Position numbers and translations under genes: made by a program
Origin: an uncultured Anaerolineales bacterium
Lineage (GTDB): Bacteria; Chloroflexota; Anaerolineae; CG2-30-64-16
Assembly (NCBI GenBank): GCA_964551735.1
Contig: CAZKEF010000014.1
Span: 54,820 to 118,819, forward strand
Direction: 5' to 3'
Length of the DNA stretch: 64,000 nucleotides
Part shown: positions 18,159 through 27,523 of the stretch, piece after piece
How positions within the stretch are numbered: the first letter of the stretch is position 1
Layout of the letters: each line of letters opens with the position of its first letter
The notes under the pieces: generated by a model
Seen by the model: the letters and a program-made list of their open reading frames with translations, nothing else
What the model was told of the DNA's origin: nothing
Database searches by the model: none

Positions 18159-20135
18159 TCACCCTCGCCCTGATTGCGCGGCAGCCCCGATCAACACATC
18201 CAACCCCAGGGCCGCCAGCCGCTCCGGCGTCGGGACACCATCCGCTGTCCACCCCATGCGCGCATACCACGTCTGCCGGGCCTGACAAAAGGCTTCTTCG
18301 GTGATCGCAGCGCCGGCCAGCGGGCCTTCGGTGAACGCCTGCATCACCCGGTTGGGCAGCCGGTCGTCCGCGGCGGTCAGCCCTTCGCGCAGGTTGAAGA
18401 CCCGGGACAGTTGCTGGGCCCGCTCACCCACGGCCAGGATATCAGCCAGCCCGTACTCGTGGCCAGTCACGCCGCTGATCGCTTGGGCCAGGTGGGCGTA
18501 GTCGTAAGGGTAAAACATGCACGTAATGGCGCAGTCCTGGAAGTGCTGCCAGTTGACCTCGTGATAGAACAACTCCATCTTCTCCGGACCCAGCGGCTGC
18601 AGCTCTGAGGGTGAGGCGCTGTTGGCCGGCAGCGGCCCGACGGAATACACCGCGTTGACACGCGCCAGACTCTCGCCGGGGCTGCTGTAACTGGTGTCAT
18701 GAATGTTCATCATGTGGTCGGCGCCCACGGGCGCGACCGCGTAGCCGACGCCCAGGGCGTGCTTCAGCCGCGGCTCGTGCATGGGCAGCTCCTGGCCCTT
18801 CACCTCCACGGTGTATGCCTCGGCCCCGCCGCCGATCCACGCCGCCAGACGCCGCGTGCCTTCGGCCATCGGCGCGCCGAAACCGCGGCGGTGGGCGATC
18901 AGGTCCACGGCCTCCACCAGGGCCGCGGCATCGCCCCAGCGCGGCAGGAAGCCGCCGGTGCGCTCCGCGGTCAGCAGGCCGCGCTCGACGCACTCCATGA
19001 CAAACGCGATGGTCATGCCGGTGCTGATGGTGTCCAGCCCCCACCGCGCGCACAGTTCGTTGGCCTTGCACACCGCCACCAGGTCATCCACGCCGCACGC
19101 GCTGCCCAGGCCGCCCAACGTCTCATACTCCGGCCCGCCGTAGACTGGCTCGATGCGTTCCACGGCCGGCGTGGGCGTACGCAGGCCACTCTCGGTCCAC
19201 GCCGCCAGGTGTTCCGGCGTGGCCTCAGCATCATATGCCACAACCTGCTTGCACGAAATGGGGCAGACCTGGCACGAGTCGCGGCCGGTCAGGATCGTGG
19301 TGTGCATCGTTTTGCCGCTGATGGCCGCAGCGCCCGAGAAGCTGGCATCCTGGAAATTGCGGGTGGGCAGGCCGCCAACCCGGTTCAAATAGGTGACGCT
19401 GCCGGGGGTGCCCATCTGCACAGCCCAACCGGAAAGCTCCTTGTAGTTGTCGCCGAGCCATTTGGACACCGGTAGCACACGCTTGCGGTCGGCCACCGGC
19501 ACGTTGCGCGTGCCGCGCACCGCCACCGCCTTCAACCGCTTGCTGCCCATCACCGCGCCCAGGCCGTTGCGGCCGGCCGCCCGGTTGACATCGTGCATCA
19601 CCGCAGCATAGCGCACCCCGTTTTCGCCCGCCACGCCGCACTGAGCCACCCGAATCTTCGCGTCCCCCAGCTCGTCTCGGATGGTCCGCTCGACGTACGC
19701 GGTATCTCGACCCCACAGATAATTGGCGGGCCGAATGGCAACCTCGCCATCGCGGATCCACAGATACACCGGCGCGGCCGCGCGGCCATGCACCACCAGG
19801 GCATCAAAGCCGGTCCGCTTGAATTCGTGGCCCCACCACCCGCCAGCCTCCGAGCTGCCCAGGCCACCGGTGAGCGGGCTCTTGCCGCCCACGCCGTGGC
19901 GGCCGCTGCCGGGCAGGTTGGTCCCTTGCATGACGCCCGGCGCGAAGATCAGCAGGTTATCCGGCCCCAGCGGGTCGGCCCCGGCCGGCAGATCGCGCAA
20001 CAGCAGATACGCGACCAGGCCGCGGCCCCCCACCAACTTGAGATACAGATCATCGGGCGGCGTCTCCACCCAGGTCTTGCCGCTTGTGAGATCGACATGC
20101 AGGATCTTGCCCCACGTACCACCAACCATCATCAT
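18159..20135 (-). CDS. Aldehyde:ferredoxin oxidoreductase (tungsten/molybdopterin AOR family)
   Basis: 658 aa with the AOR N-terminal domain GKILHVDLTSGK, the Cys ligands for the 4Fe-4S cluster and the pterin-binding C-terminal domain. Confidence 0.8.
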   Translation of the reverse strand: MMMVGGTWGKILHVDLTSGKTWVETPPDDLYLKLVGGRGLVAYLLLRDLPAGADPLGPDNLLIFAPGVMQGTNLPGSGRHGVGGKSPLTGGLGSSEAGGWWGHEFKRTGFDALVVHGRAAAPVYLWIRDGEVAIRPANYLWGRDTAYVERTIRDELGDAKIRVAQCGVAGENGVRYAAVMHDVNRAAGRNGLGAVMGSKRLKAVAVRGTRNVPVADRKRVLPVSKWLGDNYKELSGWAVQMGTPGSVTYLNRVGGLPTRNFQDASFSGAAAISGKTMHTTILTGRDSCQVCPISCKQVVAYDAEATPEHLAAWTESGLRTPTPAVERIEPVYGGPEYETLGGLGSACGVDDLVAVCKANELCARWGLDTISTGMTIAFVMECVERGLLTAERTGGFLPRWGDAAALVEAVDLIAHRRGFGAPMAEGTRRLAAWIGGGAEAYTVEVKGQELPMHEPRLKHALGVGYAVAPVGADHMMNIHDTSYSSPGESLARVNAVYSVGPLPANSASPSELQPLGPEKMELFYHEVNWQHFQDCAITCMFYPYDYAHLAQAISGVTGHEYGLADILAVGERAQQLSRVFNLREGLTAADDRLPNRVMQAFTEGPLAGAAITEEAFCQARQTWYARMGWTADGVPTPERLAALGLDVLIGAAAQSGRG

Positions 20136-20155
20136 CGATAGCCTCCCTATCAGGA

Positions 20156-20374
20156 TTAACCCCCGCCGACCGCGGGCAACAGCTCAATCACATCATCATC
20201 TTGCAGCGCTGTCTCCCAACTGGCCAGGCGGCCATTGACCAGGATCATCACACCCGTGCGCAACGACAGGCGCAGCATGCCCACCGCCTCCGCCACGGTG
20301 CGCGCGCCATCCACCGCGGCGGAGGTGACAGCCGGAGCCGGTATCAAGGCATGGCTCTTGACGACAACAGACAT
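20156..20374 (-). CDS. MoaD/ThiS-family sulfur carrier protein (C-terminal GG)
   Basis: Small ORF MSVVVKSHALIP...LLPAVGGG ending in Gly-Gly, directly downstream of the AOR gene. Confidence 0.55.
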   Translation of the reverse strand: MSVVVKSHALIPAPAVTSAAVDGARTVAEAVGMLRLSLRTGVMILVNGRLASWETALQDDDVIELLPAVGGG

Positions 20375-20574
20375 GATTGAAATCCCAGAACAAGGTCTTT
20401 GCACATTGAGAGAACGAACAAATGCTAAGTCTACACCGTCTCACGCACAGGCGCAAACTCTGGCCCCGGCCGGGGCCGATGGGCTCTCTTTGTATCCACC
20501 CCCAAGCCGTTCGCGCATGGGCACGACTTATGCTATACTATCCCCTCGATCACCGGTTCCAACTGGAGGCACCC

Positions 20575-21132
20575 ATGAACATCTTCAACCGTGTGTTGGT
20601 CGTTTTGCTGCTGATCCTGTTGCTGGCCCTGGCGGTGCTGATCGCCATCCTGCCCATCCAGACCGTGCAGGCGGTCGAGGCCGCCATGCGCAACTTCGGC
20701 GCCTTTCTGGCCAACACTGAGACATCGCACCTCTGGCTGTTCGTCATTGCGCGTGTCGCACTGGTGCTGATTGCCCTGGCCGTCATCCTGCCGCTGCTGT
20801 GGGGCGAACTGAAACCGCGGCGGCCCAAGGCGGTCCACGTGCTCACCGAGACGGGCAGCAAAGCCAGCGTCACCACCGACTCAGTGGCCCGGCGGCTAAC
20901 GTGGCATATTGACCAGTTGGCTGACGTCATCTCGGTGACACCCGATGTGACGGCCAGCGGCAAGGCGGTCAACGTCGTGTTGAACCTGGAGACCCAACCG
21001 GAGATTGACGTGCCGATGAAGACCGATGAGGTGGTGCGCGTGGCTCGCGAGGTGATCGTGGAGCGCATGGGCCTTCAACTCGGCAAGGTTGATGTCCGCA
21101 TCAAACATGCGCCCTATCAGGATATTGCGTGA
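20575..21132 (+). CDS. AmaP-like membrane protein (N-terminal TM segments plus Asp23/Gls24-like domain)
   Basis: GGAGG SD before the ATG. Hydrophobic N-terminus MNIFNRVLVVLLLILLLALAVL, then a C-terminal Asp23-like region. Confidence 0.5.
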   Translation: MNIFNRVLVVLLLILLLALAVLIAILPIQTVQAVEAAMRNFGAFLANTETSHLWLFVIARVALVLIALAVILPLLWGELKPRRPKAVHVLTETGSKASVTTDSVARRLTWHIDQLADVISVTPDVTASGKAVNVVLNLETQPEIDVPMKTDEVVRVAREVIVERMGLQLGKVDVRIKHAPYQDIA

Positions 21133-21728
21133 GCACAGCGCTCAATCCATCTCAGCCATCCAGTGACGCAACACCGGCCCCTCAGTCCCCTGAGGCAGTG
21201 GGCCCGGCGCCTCAGGGGACCGCGTTACGCGCCCTGCTGGAAAGCTTGCTCTTCGTCGCGCCCGTGCCCACGCCGGTCGAACGGCTGGCCCAAGTGATCG
21301 GCCTGACAACCGAGCAGATCGAGGCTGCGTTGGCTGACCTGACGGCCGCCTACCTCGCTGAAGATCGCGGGCTCCGGCTGCTGCGCAAAGCGGATCGCGT
21401 CCACCTGACCACCGCGCCCCAGGCCAGCGCGCACATCGAGCGTTTTCTGGGGCTAGATCTGAGCAGCAGGCTCTCCAACGCTGCGCTGGAAACGCTGGCC
21501 GTCATCGCCTACCGGCAGCCGTTGACGCGCGCCCAAATCGAGGCGGTACGCGGGGTCAACTGCGACGGCGTCCTGCGCACCCTCCTGGCCCGCGAACTTA
21601 TCGAACCTGTGGGCCGGTTGGAGCAGGCAGGCAGGCCGATCCTGTACGGCACGACCGTCCAATTCCTCCACTACTTCGGCCTGGAAAGCCTGGAGCGCCT
21701 CCCCCCACTGCCCGCCAGCGAAAGCTGA
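21129..21728 (+). CDS. scpB: Segregation and condensation protein B
   Basis: ScpB winged-helix repeats: LLESLLFVAPVPTPVERLAQVIGLT and ALETLAVIAYRQPLTRAQIEAVRGVNCDGVLRTLLARELIE. Confidence 0.8.
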   Translation: MSTALNPSQPSSDATPAPQSPEAVGPAPQGTALRALLESLLFVAPVPTPVERLAQVIGLTTEQIEAALADLTAAYLAEDRGLRLLRKADRVHLTTAPQASAHIERFLGLDLSSRLSNAALETLAVIAYRQPLTRAQIEAVRGVNCDGVLRTLLARELIEPVGRLEQAGRPILYGTTVQFLHYFGLESLERLPPLPASES

Positions 21729-21775
21729 AAGGTAACACGCCCTTAAACGTAAAACGCGCTACTTACCTTTCAGCC
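21723..21775 (+). terminator. Perfect 12-bp stem hairpin (GCTGAAAGGTAA...TTACCTTTCAGC) starting at the scpB stop codon
   Basis: Inverted repeat seen directly. No downstream U-run. Confidence 0.4.
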
Positions 21776-21844
21776 GTTGTGCGCTAAGCTACTCATGAGA
21801 TCATGAGCCCGGGCTCCGAATCGGGCTCCGCACAGGAGCACCTT

Positions 21845-22612
21845 ATGTCCGAAAATCTGTGGGCACTGCGTGAACAACGGAAATTGAGCGTTGCAATGCT
21901 GGCCGGCCGAGCCGGCCTGCCTATCGGCCTGATCATGGAATACGAATCGGGCCAGCGCAGCATTGACGTGCGACATATCGCGCGGTTGGCACGCGCGTTG
22001 TATGTCGAAGAAACCGCGATCCGCCTGCACTCCGACCCGCGACCGGGCTCAGGCCCCTTGGAGCGGGCGTCGCGTCGCGCAGACGAGCGGCCCTCTCGGC
22101 CGACGGGTGAAACGGCGGAGGCTGCGCCCCCCGCGCAGCGCGAGCGGCCCGCACGCCCCCCCCGGCCTGCCCAGGCCCCGCGGCCACCCTTACCAGCTCG
22201 ACCGAGCCAGATCGCACATCTACAAGACCTGCTGCAGCGGTTGGGACGCAGCCAGGCCGAGCTCGAGGCGCAACTGGGCCAACCGCTCGCTGAGCTGGAT
22301 CGCCTCAGCGCCAGCAGGGCACTGGTCGCGCTGCAAACCGAACTCCGCGAAGGCGCCACACCGAACAGGCATCGCGCCTATCTGCCCGAAGCGGTAGACC
22401 AGTTCGAGCACAAGTACCTGGCGGCCGCGCAAGGGTCCGGCGCTACCCTGCGCTTCAACCTGTTCGACGGCACAACCCTCAGCGGCCAGGTGAGCGGCTA
22501 CGGCCCCTACAGCATAACCGTCCGCCAGTCCGACGGCAGCGAGACTACACTGAACAAGCTAGCGCTGGTCAGCTACACGCGTCCGCCGGGCAGCGAGGAG
22601 CCAACCCCATGA
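21845..22612 (+). CDS. HTH (XRE-like) domain protein with Pro-rich linker and C-terminal Sm/Hfq-like domain
   Basis: N-terminus LREQRKLSVAMLAGRAGLPIGLIMEYESGQRS is HTH-like. The C-terminus LRFNLFDGTTLSGQVSGYGPYSITVRQSDGSETTLNKLALVSY matches the Hfq Sm1/Sm2 pattern. AGGAG SD present. Confidence 0.5.
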   Translation: MSENLWALREQRKLSVAMLAGRAGLPIGLIMEYESGQRSIDVRHIARLARALYVEETAIRLHSDPRPGSGPLERASRRADERPSRPTGETAEAAPPAQRERPARPPRPAQAPRPPLPARPSQIAHLQDLLQRLGRSQAELEAQLGQPLAELDRLSASRALVALQTELREGATPNRHRAYLPEAVDQFEHKYLAAAQGSGATLRFNLFDGTTLSGQVSGYGPYSITVRQSDGSETTLNKLALVSYTRPPGSEEPTP

Positions 22613-23052
22613 GCCTGGGCGACATGCTGCGCGTGCTGCGCGCCAAGCGCGGCGGTATCACACCGCTTGACATCGAGGCTGCCCTGCCCGACCTGCCCAA
22701 AGGCATTTATCGGCAGATAGAGCAGCGCTACCGCGCGGTCGGCGACGACGCGTCCATCCGCCTGCTGGCCGATTTCTACGGCGTGCGGTTCGAAGATCTG
22801 CGTTGGCGGTTGGACTGGCCGCGCAAGGCGTTGAGCCGCGCGCTGGTCCATGCGCAGCAAAACGATCTGCCCATCACCCTACACCTGTGGGACGGCCGGA
22901 CAGTCACGGGGAAAGTCATCTGGTGGGACCTGGGCGCCGCGGCGCTGACCACCGATGAGGGCGAAATCGTGGTGCAGCGGCATGCTGCGGAGCAGTGGGA
23001 GCCGCGCGCGCCGGAAGCAAGCGATGACACGGGCGAGCTAGAGGCGGAATGA
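22609..23052 (+). CDS. Paralogous HTH-like plus Sm/Hfq-like domain protein (ATGA overlap with upstream gene)
   Basis: C-terminus ITLHLWDGRTVTGKVIWWDLGAAALTTDEGEIVVQRHAAEQW has the same Sm-like pattern. 4-nt start/stop overlap. Confidence 0.45.
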   Translation: MSLGDMLRVLRAKRGGITPLDIEAALPDLPKGIYRQIEQRYRAVGDDASIRLLADFYGVRFEDLRWRLDWPRKALSRALVHAQQNDLPITLHLWDGRTVTGKVIWWDLGAAALTTDEGEIVVQRHAAEQWEPRAPEASDDTGELEAE

Positions 23053-23116
23053 GAGCGGGCGGCTGTTGCACGATTGCGAAGCCGCCCGCGGATGCGATGA
23101 CCCTTGCATTATCCGA

Positions 23117-23581
23117 CTAGGGCACCATCGCATCACCCTCGATCCCAGCCACCAAACGCGCCCGCATCGCCTCTGGAATGCGCCGTACCTGGCCGCGCGC
23201 ATCCACCGAGATGTGGCGCGTGCTCCCGCTGACCAGCAATTCGCCATCGGCCGCGCGGCGCACCTCATAGCCAAAATTCATGCCCCGGCTGAGCAGCCCG
23301 GTCAGGCAGGTGGCGACGATCACCTCATCGTCGTAACGCGCCGGACGGTGATAGCGCGCCGCCACCTCCGCCACGGCCAGCGAGACCCCTTCAGCCTCCA
23401 TCTGGCTGTAAGGATAGCCGATAGCGCGCGTGAACGCGCTGCGTCCCTCCTCGAACCACGTAATGTAGGCCGCGTGATGCACCACCCCCATTTGGTCGGT
23501 CTCGAAGAAACGGACACGGAAACGGGTTTCGACGACCAGGTTGTTGTCCGCGTCGCGGTATAGGTGTGCTGGTTCGATCAT
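23117..23581 (-). CDS. Acyl-CoA thioesterase, 4HBT/YbgC family (hotdog fold)
   Basis: RVRFFETDQMGVVHHAAYITWFEEGR is the hotdog thioesterase signature. Confidence 0.75.
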   Translation of the reverse strand: MIEPAHLYRDADNNLVVETRFRVRFFETDQMGVVHHAAYITWFEEGRSAFTRAIGYPYSQMEAEGVSLAVAEVAARYHRPARYDDEVIVATCLTGLLSRGMNFGYEVRRAADGELLVSGSTRHISVDARGQVRRIPEAMRARLVAGIEGDAMVP

Positions 23582-23691
23582 GGCGCCAGGCTCCAGGGTG
23601 GGTTGTGAATTGCATACGCCTTTTCCGCACTTATGGTATTATATTCATCTGATAATCGCAACATCAACCTAATGCGAGGATAGCAGCCGTC

Positions 23692-24852
23692 ATGAATGCC
23701 ATCGTCCTGTCCCCCCATTTTCCGACCAACTTCTACAATTTCGCCGTGGCACTGCGCCGGGCTGGGGTCAACACCCTGGGTATCGCGGATGAGCAATACG
23801 ACAGCCTGCGGCCCGAGCTGCGCGCTGCGCTGTCGGAGTACTACCGCGTGACCAACATGGAGGACTACGACCAGCTTTTCCGCGCGGTCGCGTATTTCAG
23901 CTTCAAGCACGGCAAGATTGACCGCTTCGAGTCGCACAACGAGTATTGGCTGACCACCGAGGCGCGCATCCGCACTGACTTCAACATCCCCGGCATCAGG
24001 ACCGACCAGATCGCCTTCATGAAGCACAAGTCGCTGATGAAGGCGAAGTTCATCGAGGCCGGCGTGCCGGTGGCCCGCGGCCGTGTGGTCCGCTCCTGGG
24101 ACGAGGCGCACGCGCTGCTCGCTGAGACAGGCTATCCCGTGGTGGCCAAGCCGGACAGCGGCGTGGGGGCGGCGCATACTTACCGCATTGACAACGACGC
24201 CGCGCTGGCTCACTTCTTCGCCACCAAGCCGCCGATCGACTACATCATGGAAGAATTCATCCGGGGCGTGATCTATTCATTCGATGGGCTGGCCGGGCAC
24301 GACAGCGAACCGATCTTTTGGACCTCCCACGTGTTCGCCCAGGGGATCATGGAGACGGTGAACGAGGATCACGACCTCCACTACTACTCGCTGCGCCAAC
24401 TGCCGGCCGACCTGGAAGATGCCGGCAAGCGCACCGTGCGGGCGTTCGGCGTGCGTGCACGCTTCTTCCACATCGAGTTCTTCCGCACCCCTGATGGCCG
24501 CATCGTGGCGCTGGAGGTGAACATGCGGCCGCCAGGTGGCTTGAGCATGGACATGTTCAACTACGCCAACGATGCCGACCTGTACCAGGAATGGGCCAAC
24601 CTGATCGCAGGCCAACCCGTGCGCACGGAATACGGCCGGCCCTACCACGTGGCGTTTGCGGGCCGCAAGCAGCACAAGGCCTACCGCCACACCCACGAAG
24701 AGGTCTTGGCCACCCTTGGCGGCATCGTAGCGCACCACGAACCCATGAGCCCCATCTTCGGCCCGGTGATGGGTCACTATGCCTACCTGCTGCGCTCGCC
24801 CGACGAAGGGACGATCCGGGACGCGATCGGGTATGTGTTGGAGTTGGCGTAG
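23692..24852 (+). CDS. ATP-grasp domain protein (carboxylate-amine ligase-like)
   Basis: ATP-grasp core GYPVVAKPDSGVGAAHTY plus a C-terminal ligase-like region. Confidence 0.65.
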   Translation: MNAIVLSPHFPTNFYNFAVALRRAGVNTLGIADEQYDSLRPELRAALSEYYRVTNMEDYDQLFRAVAYFSFKHGKIDRFESHNEYWLTTEARIRTDFNIPGIRTDQIAFMKHKSLMKAKFIEAGVPVARGRVVRSWDEAHALLAETGYPVVAKPDSGVGAAHTYRIDNDAALAHFFATKPPIDYIMEEFIRGVIYSFDGLAGHDSEPIFWTSHVFAQGIMETVNEDHDLHYYSLRQLPADLEDAGKRTVRAFGVRARFFHIEFFRTPDGRIVALEVNMRPPGGLSMDMFNYANDADLYQEWANLIAGQPVRTEYGRPYHVAFAGRKQHKAYRHTHEEVLATLGGIVAHHEPMSPIFGPVMGHYAYLLRSPDEGTIRDAIGYVLELA

Positions 24853-24976
24853 GGGGTAGGGGCGGGTTTTGCCCGGTTAACGCAAGCTCGCCTTACTCGG
24901 CAGCAGCATGATGGCGACAAATTCCCCGTTGACGCGGAGAAATCCGCCCCTACAACTGGTTTTGAACACACTCAAA

Positions 24977-26260
24977 TCAGAACGGCCGCGGGGCACTCCC
25001 GGCCAGATATCCATAACGCGCCTTGAACTCATCGAGGGACAGCCTGGTCTGCATCGCCATGCGGGCCAGCAACAGCGGATCCTGTGCGTGCTGCGGCTTC
25101 AGCCGAATCATGAACCGGTAAGCCGATTGGTAAGTAAAGGAGTCAATATTCACCAGGCGCACCTCGGTGCGGCCCGTCTGCCCGTCCATCATCCGGTCGG
25201 CCGCCAGCGGCACCACCTGGTTGCCCTGCAGCGTGATGGTCGCGTTGCTACCGCCACCCAGCAAAAAGCTGACCGCCGCCTCGCCCAGACTACGGGTGTA
25301 GTCGATGTCGTAGGCGATGGGCGCGGCGCACCTCAGCTCATAACCCAACTCCTTGTCAACGATCTTGGCCTGGACCCCCAGCGCATCCAGATCGGCCTTG
25401 ACCGATCGCTTCAGGATGTCTGCAAAGTTCACTTCGGCCAACCGCACGTGGCCGTGCTCGTCCCGCTCGATCCGCTCCAGCGTTTGCAGATCATCGTGGC
25501 GCAGATACTCCAGGATGCCCTCGGCCACCAGAGCGACCCCGTAAGGCTTGCCCTCGCTCAACCGGCGGATCAGCGACGTGACCAAGATATCCACCACCTC
25601 TTGCAGGCGGATCTCGGCTCCCCGCCACTCTTCGGGGATAATGGTGAGCGTGGCGCCTGAGCTCTTACCGATGCCCAGCGCGAGGTGCCCCGCCTTGCGC
25701 CCCATGGTCACCACCAGGAACCAATGCTGGCCGGTGAGCGCATCCTCCATGAAGTTCATCACCATGCGGGTGCCCAACTCGCGCGCGGTCTCAAAGCCGA
25801 AGGTGGGGATGCCTTCGGGCAGGGGCAAGTCGTTGTCAATAGTCTTAGGGACGTGGACGTAGCGCATTGCCAGGCCCATCTTCTCCTGAGCATAGCTCAC
25901 CACGCGATGGAGCGAGAACGCAGTATCGTCCCCGCCGATGCCAACAAGCAGCGAGATGCCTGCCTCGGTGAGCGCACACACGCAGTTGCGCAGCACCTCG
26001 GTGCTGCGGGTGGGGTTGGCCCGCGAGGTGCGGAGGATCGAACCGCCGTCCAGGTGGATGCGGCTGACATCAGCGATAGTCAGATCCTTGCTCACCAGCT
26101 TACCTTGCATCAGGTGCTTGAACCCATCGTAAATGCCGACCACCCCAAGGCCATTGTTGATCGCTTCGATGGTTGCTGAATGGATAACGCCGTTGATACC
26201 TGGAGCGGGGCCACCACCCACCAAGATGCCAAGGCGGTTAGTCCCTGTTTCGCCTACCAT
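24977..26260 (-). CDS. 6-phosphofructokinase (PfkA family; possibly PPi-dependent)
   Basis: LGILVGGGPAPGINGVI and GIGGDDT PFK motifs. GGAAGGAGAG SD before the ATG at 26258-26260. Confidence 0.8.
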   Translation of the reverse strand: MVGETGTNRLGILVGGGPAPGINGVIHSATIEAINNGLGVVGIYDGFKHLMQGKLVSKDLTIADVSRIHLDGGSILRTSRANPTRSTEVLRNCVCALTEAGISLLVGIGGDDTAFSLHRVVSYAQEKMGLAMRYVHVPKTIDNDLPLPEGIPTFGFETARELGTRMVMNFMEDALTGQHWFLVVTMGRKAGHLALGIGKSSGATLTIIPEEWRGAEIRLQEVVDILVTSLIRRLSEGKPYGVALVAEGILEYLRHDDLQTLERIERDEHGHVRLAEVNFADILKRSVKADLDALGVQAKIVDKELGYELRCAAPIAYDIDYTRSLGEAAVSFLLGGGSNATITLQGNQVVPLAADRMMDGQTGRTEVRLVNIDSFTYQSAYRFMIRLKPQHAQDPLLLARMAMQTRLSLDEFKARYGYLAGSAPRPF

Positions 26261-26592
26261 AAGAGTCTCTCCTTCCCGACGCATCGCCTGCGCGGCACAT
26301 GTATGTGGACATGAACACCTGTGGATTTTAGCGCAAAAACCCGCGCTGTGCCAGAATGCTTCTATCGCGCAAAACCCGGATCTCGCTTTTTCCCAAAACC
26401 GCCGTTTCCGTGTAAACTATCCACATCTGGCATCCTCTCAACAAGCCGGGGGACGCCGGTCTGCGGTCGACGTAAGCTTGCGCAGAGGGGGCCTGCGCTT
26501 CTCGTCGCCCCTTTTTGGCGAGAAGATACCACATCGGGCATCCGATGATATTCCAGCATCCAACACCTAACATCCAGACAAAGGAGTCACCC

Positions 26593-27453
26593 ATGAGCGA
26601 ACAACGCAGAAAAGTCACCCTCCCGGTCCTCTTTGACAAAATGGCAAAGGGCATCCCCCTCACCATGATCACCTGCTACGACTACCCCATGGCCCACCTG
26701 GTAGAACAAGCAGGGATTGACATCGTGCTTGTCGGTGACAGCCTGGGCATGACCATGCTGGGCTTCGACTCGACCCTGCCCGTCACCATGAACGACATGA
26801 TCCGCCATGCGGCTGCAGTGCGCCGCGGCACGCCCAACGGTTGGCTCATCGGGGATATGCCCTACATGAGCTACCAAGCCTCCGACGAGTCGGCCGTGCT
26901 GAACGCGGGCCGCTTCATGGCCGAGGCCGCATGCGACGGCATCAAGCTGGAGGGCGGCCAGGAGGTCTGCTCCCGCGTGCGCGCCATCGTCGCCGCCGGC
27001 ATCCCCGTGATGGGCCATCTGGGGCTCACCCCGCAGAGCGTGTCCAGCCTCGGCGGCTTTCGCCTGCAAGGGAAAAGCGCCAAGCAGGCCAAGAAGATCG
27101 TGGACGACGCCAAGGCGCTTGAGGAAGCCGGCGCGATGGCGATCCTGCTGGAGCTGGTGCCCGACCAGGTGTGCGGCCTGATCACCGAACGGGCCAAGGT
27201 GCCCATCATCAGCCTGGGCAGCGGGCCAAATGCCCACGGCCAACTCTTGATCTTCCATGACATGTTCGGCCTCTATCCGCGCTTCACGCCGAAGATGGCG
27301 AAGCAGTACGCGAACGCGGGCAAAGCCATCGGCGACGGCCTGAAGCAATACGTGGCCGAGGTCACCGGCAGGGTCTTCCCCGAGCCGGAGCGGTATTTCG
27401 GGATCAAGGAAGAGGAGTACGCGGAGTTGCGGCGGCTGGTGGAGCAAGGCTAA
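26593..27453 (+). CDS. panB: 3-methyl-2-oxobutanoate hydroxymethyltransferase
   Basis: LTMITCYDYPMAHLVEQAGIDIVLVGDSLGMTMLG is the PanB signature. AAAGGAG SD. Confidence 0.85.
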   Translation: MSEQRRKVTLPVLFDKMAKGIPLTMITCYDYPMAHLVEQAGIDIVLVGDSLGMTMLGFDSTLPVTMNDMIRHAAAVRRGTPNGWLIGDMPYMSYQASDESAVLNAGRFMAEAACDGIKLEGGQEVCSRVRAIVAAGIPVMGHLGLTPQSVSSLGGFRLQGKSAKQAKKIVDDAKALEEAGAMAILLELVPDQVCGLITERAKVPIISLGSGPNAHGQLLIFHDMFGLYPRFTPKMAKQYANAGKAIGDGLKQYVAEVTGRVFPEPERYFGIKEEEYAELRRLVEQG

Positions 27454-27465
27454 GATTGAGGTTAA

Positions 27466-27499
27466 GGTCAAGGCTAAGGCTGAGCCTTAGCCTTGACCT
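27466..27499 (+). terminator. Perfect 15-bp stem hairpin GGTCAAGGCTAAGGC-tgag-GCCTTAGCCTTGACC after panB
   Basis: Seen directly, 12 nt after the panB stop. No U-run. Confidence 0.45.
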
Positions 27500-27523
27500 C
27501 GAAATCGAAGAGGAGTGAGAAAC

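Noticed and set aside
23582-23691. AT-rich segment TATGGTATTATAT upstream of the ATP-grasp gene as a defined promoter
   Set aside because: -10-like, but I could not place a convincing -35 at 16-18 bp, so it is left unannotated.
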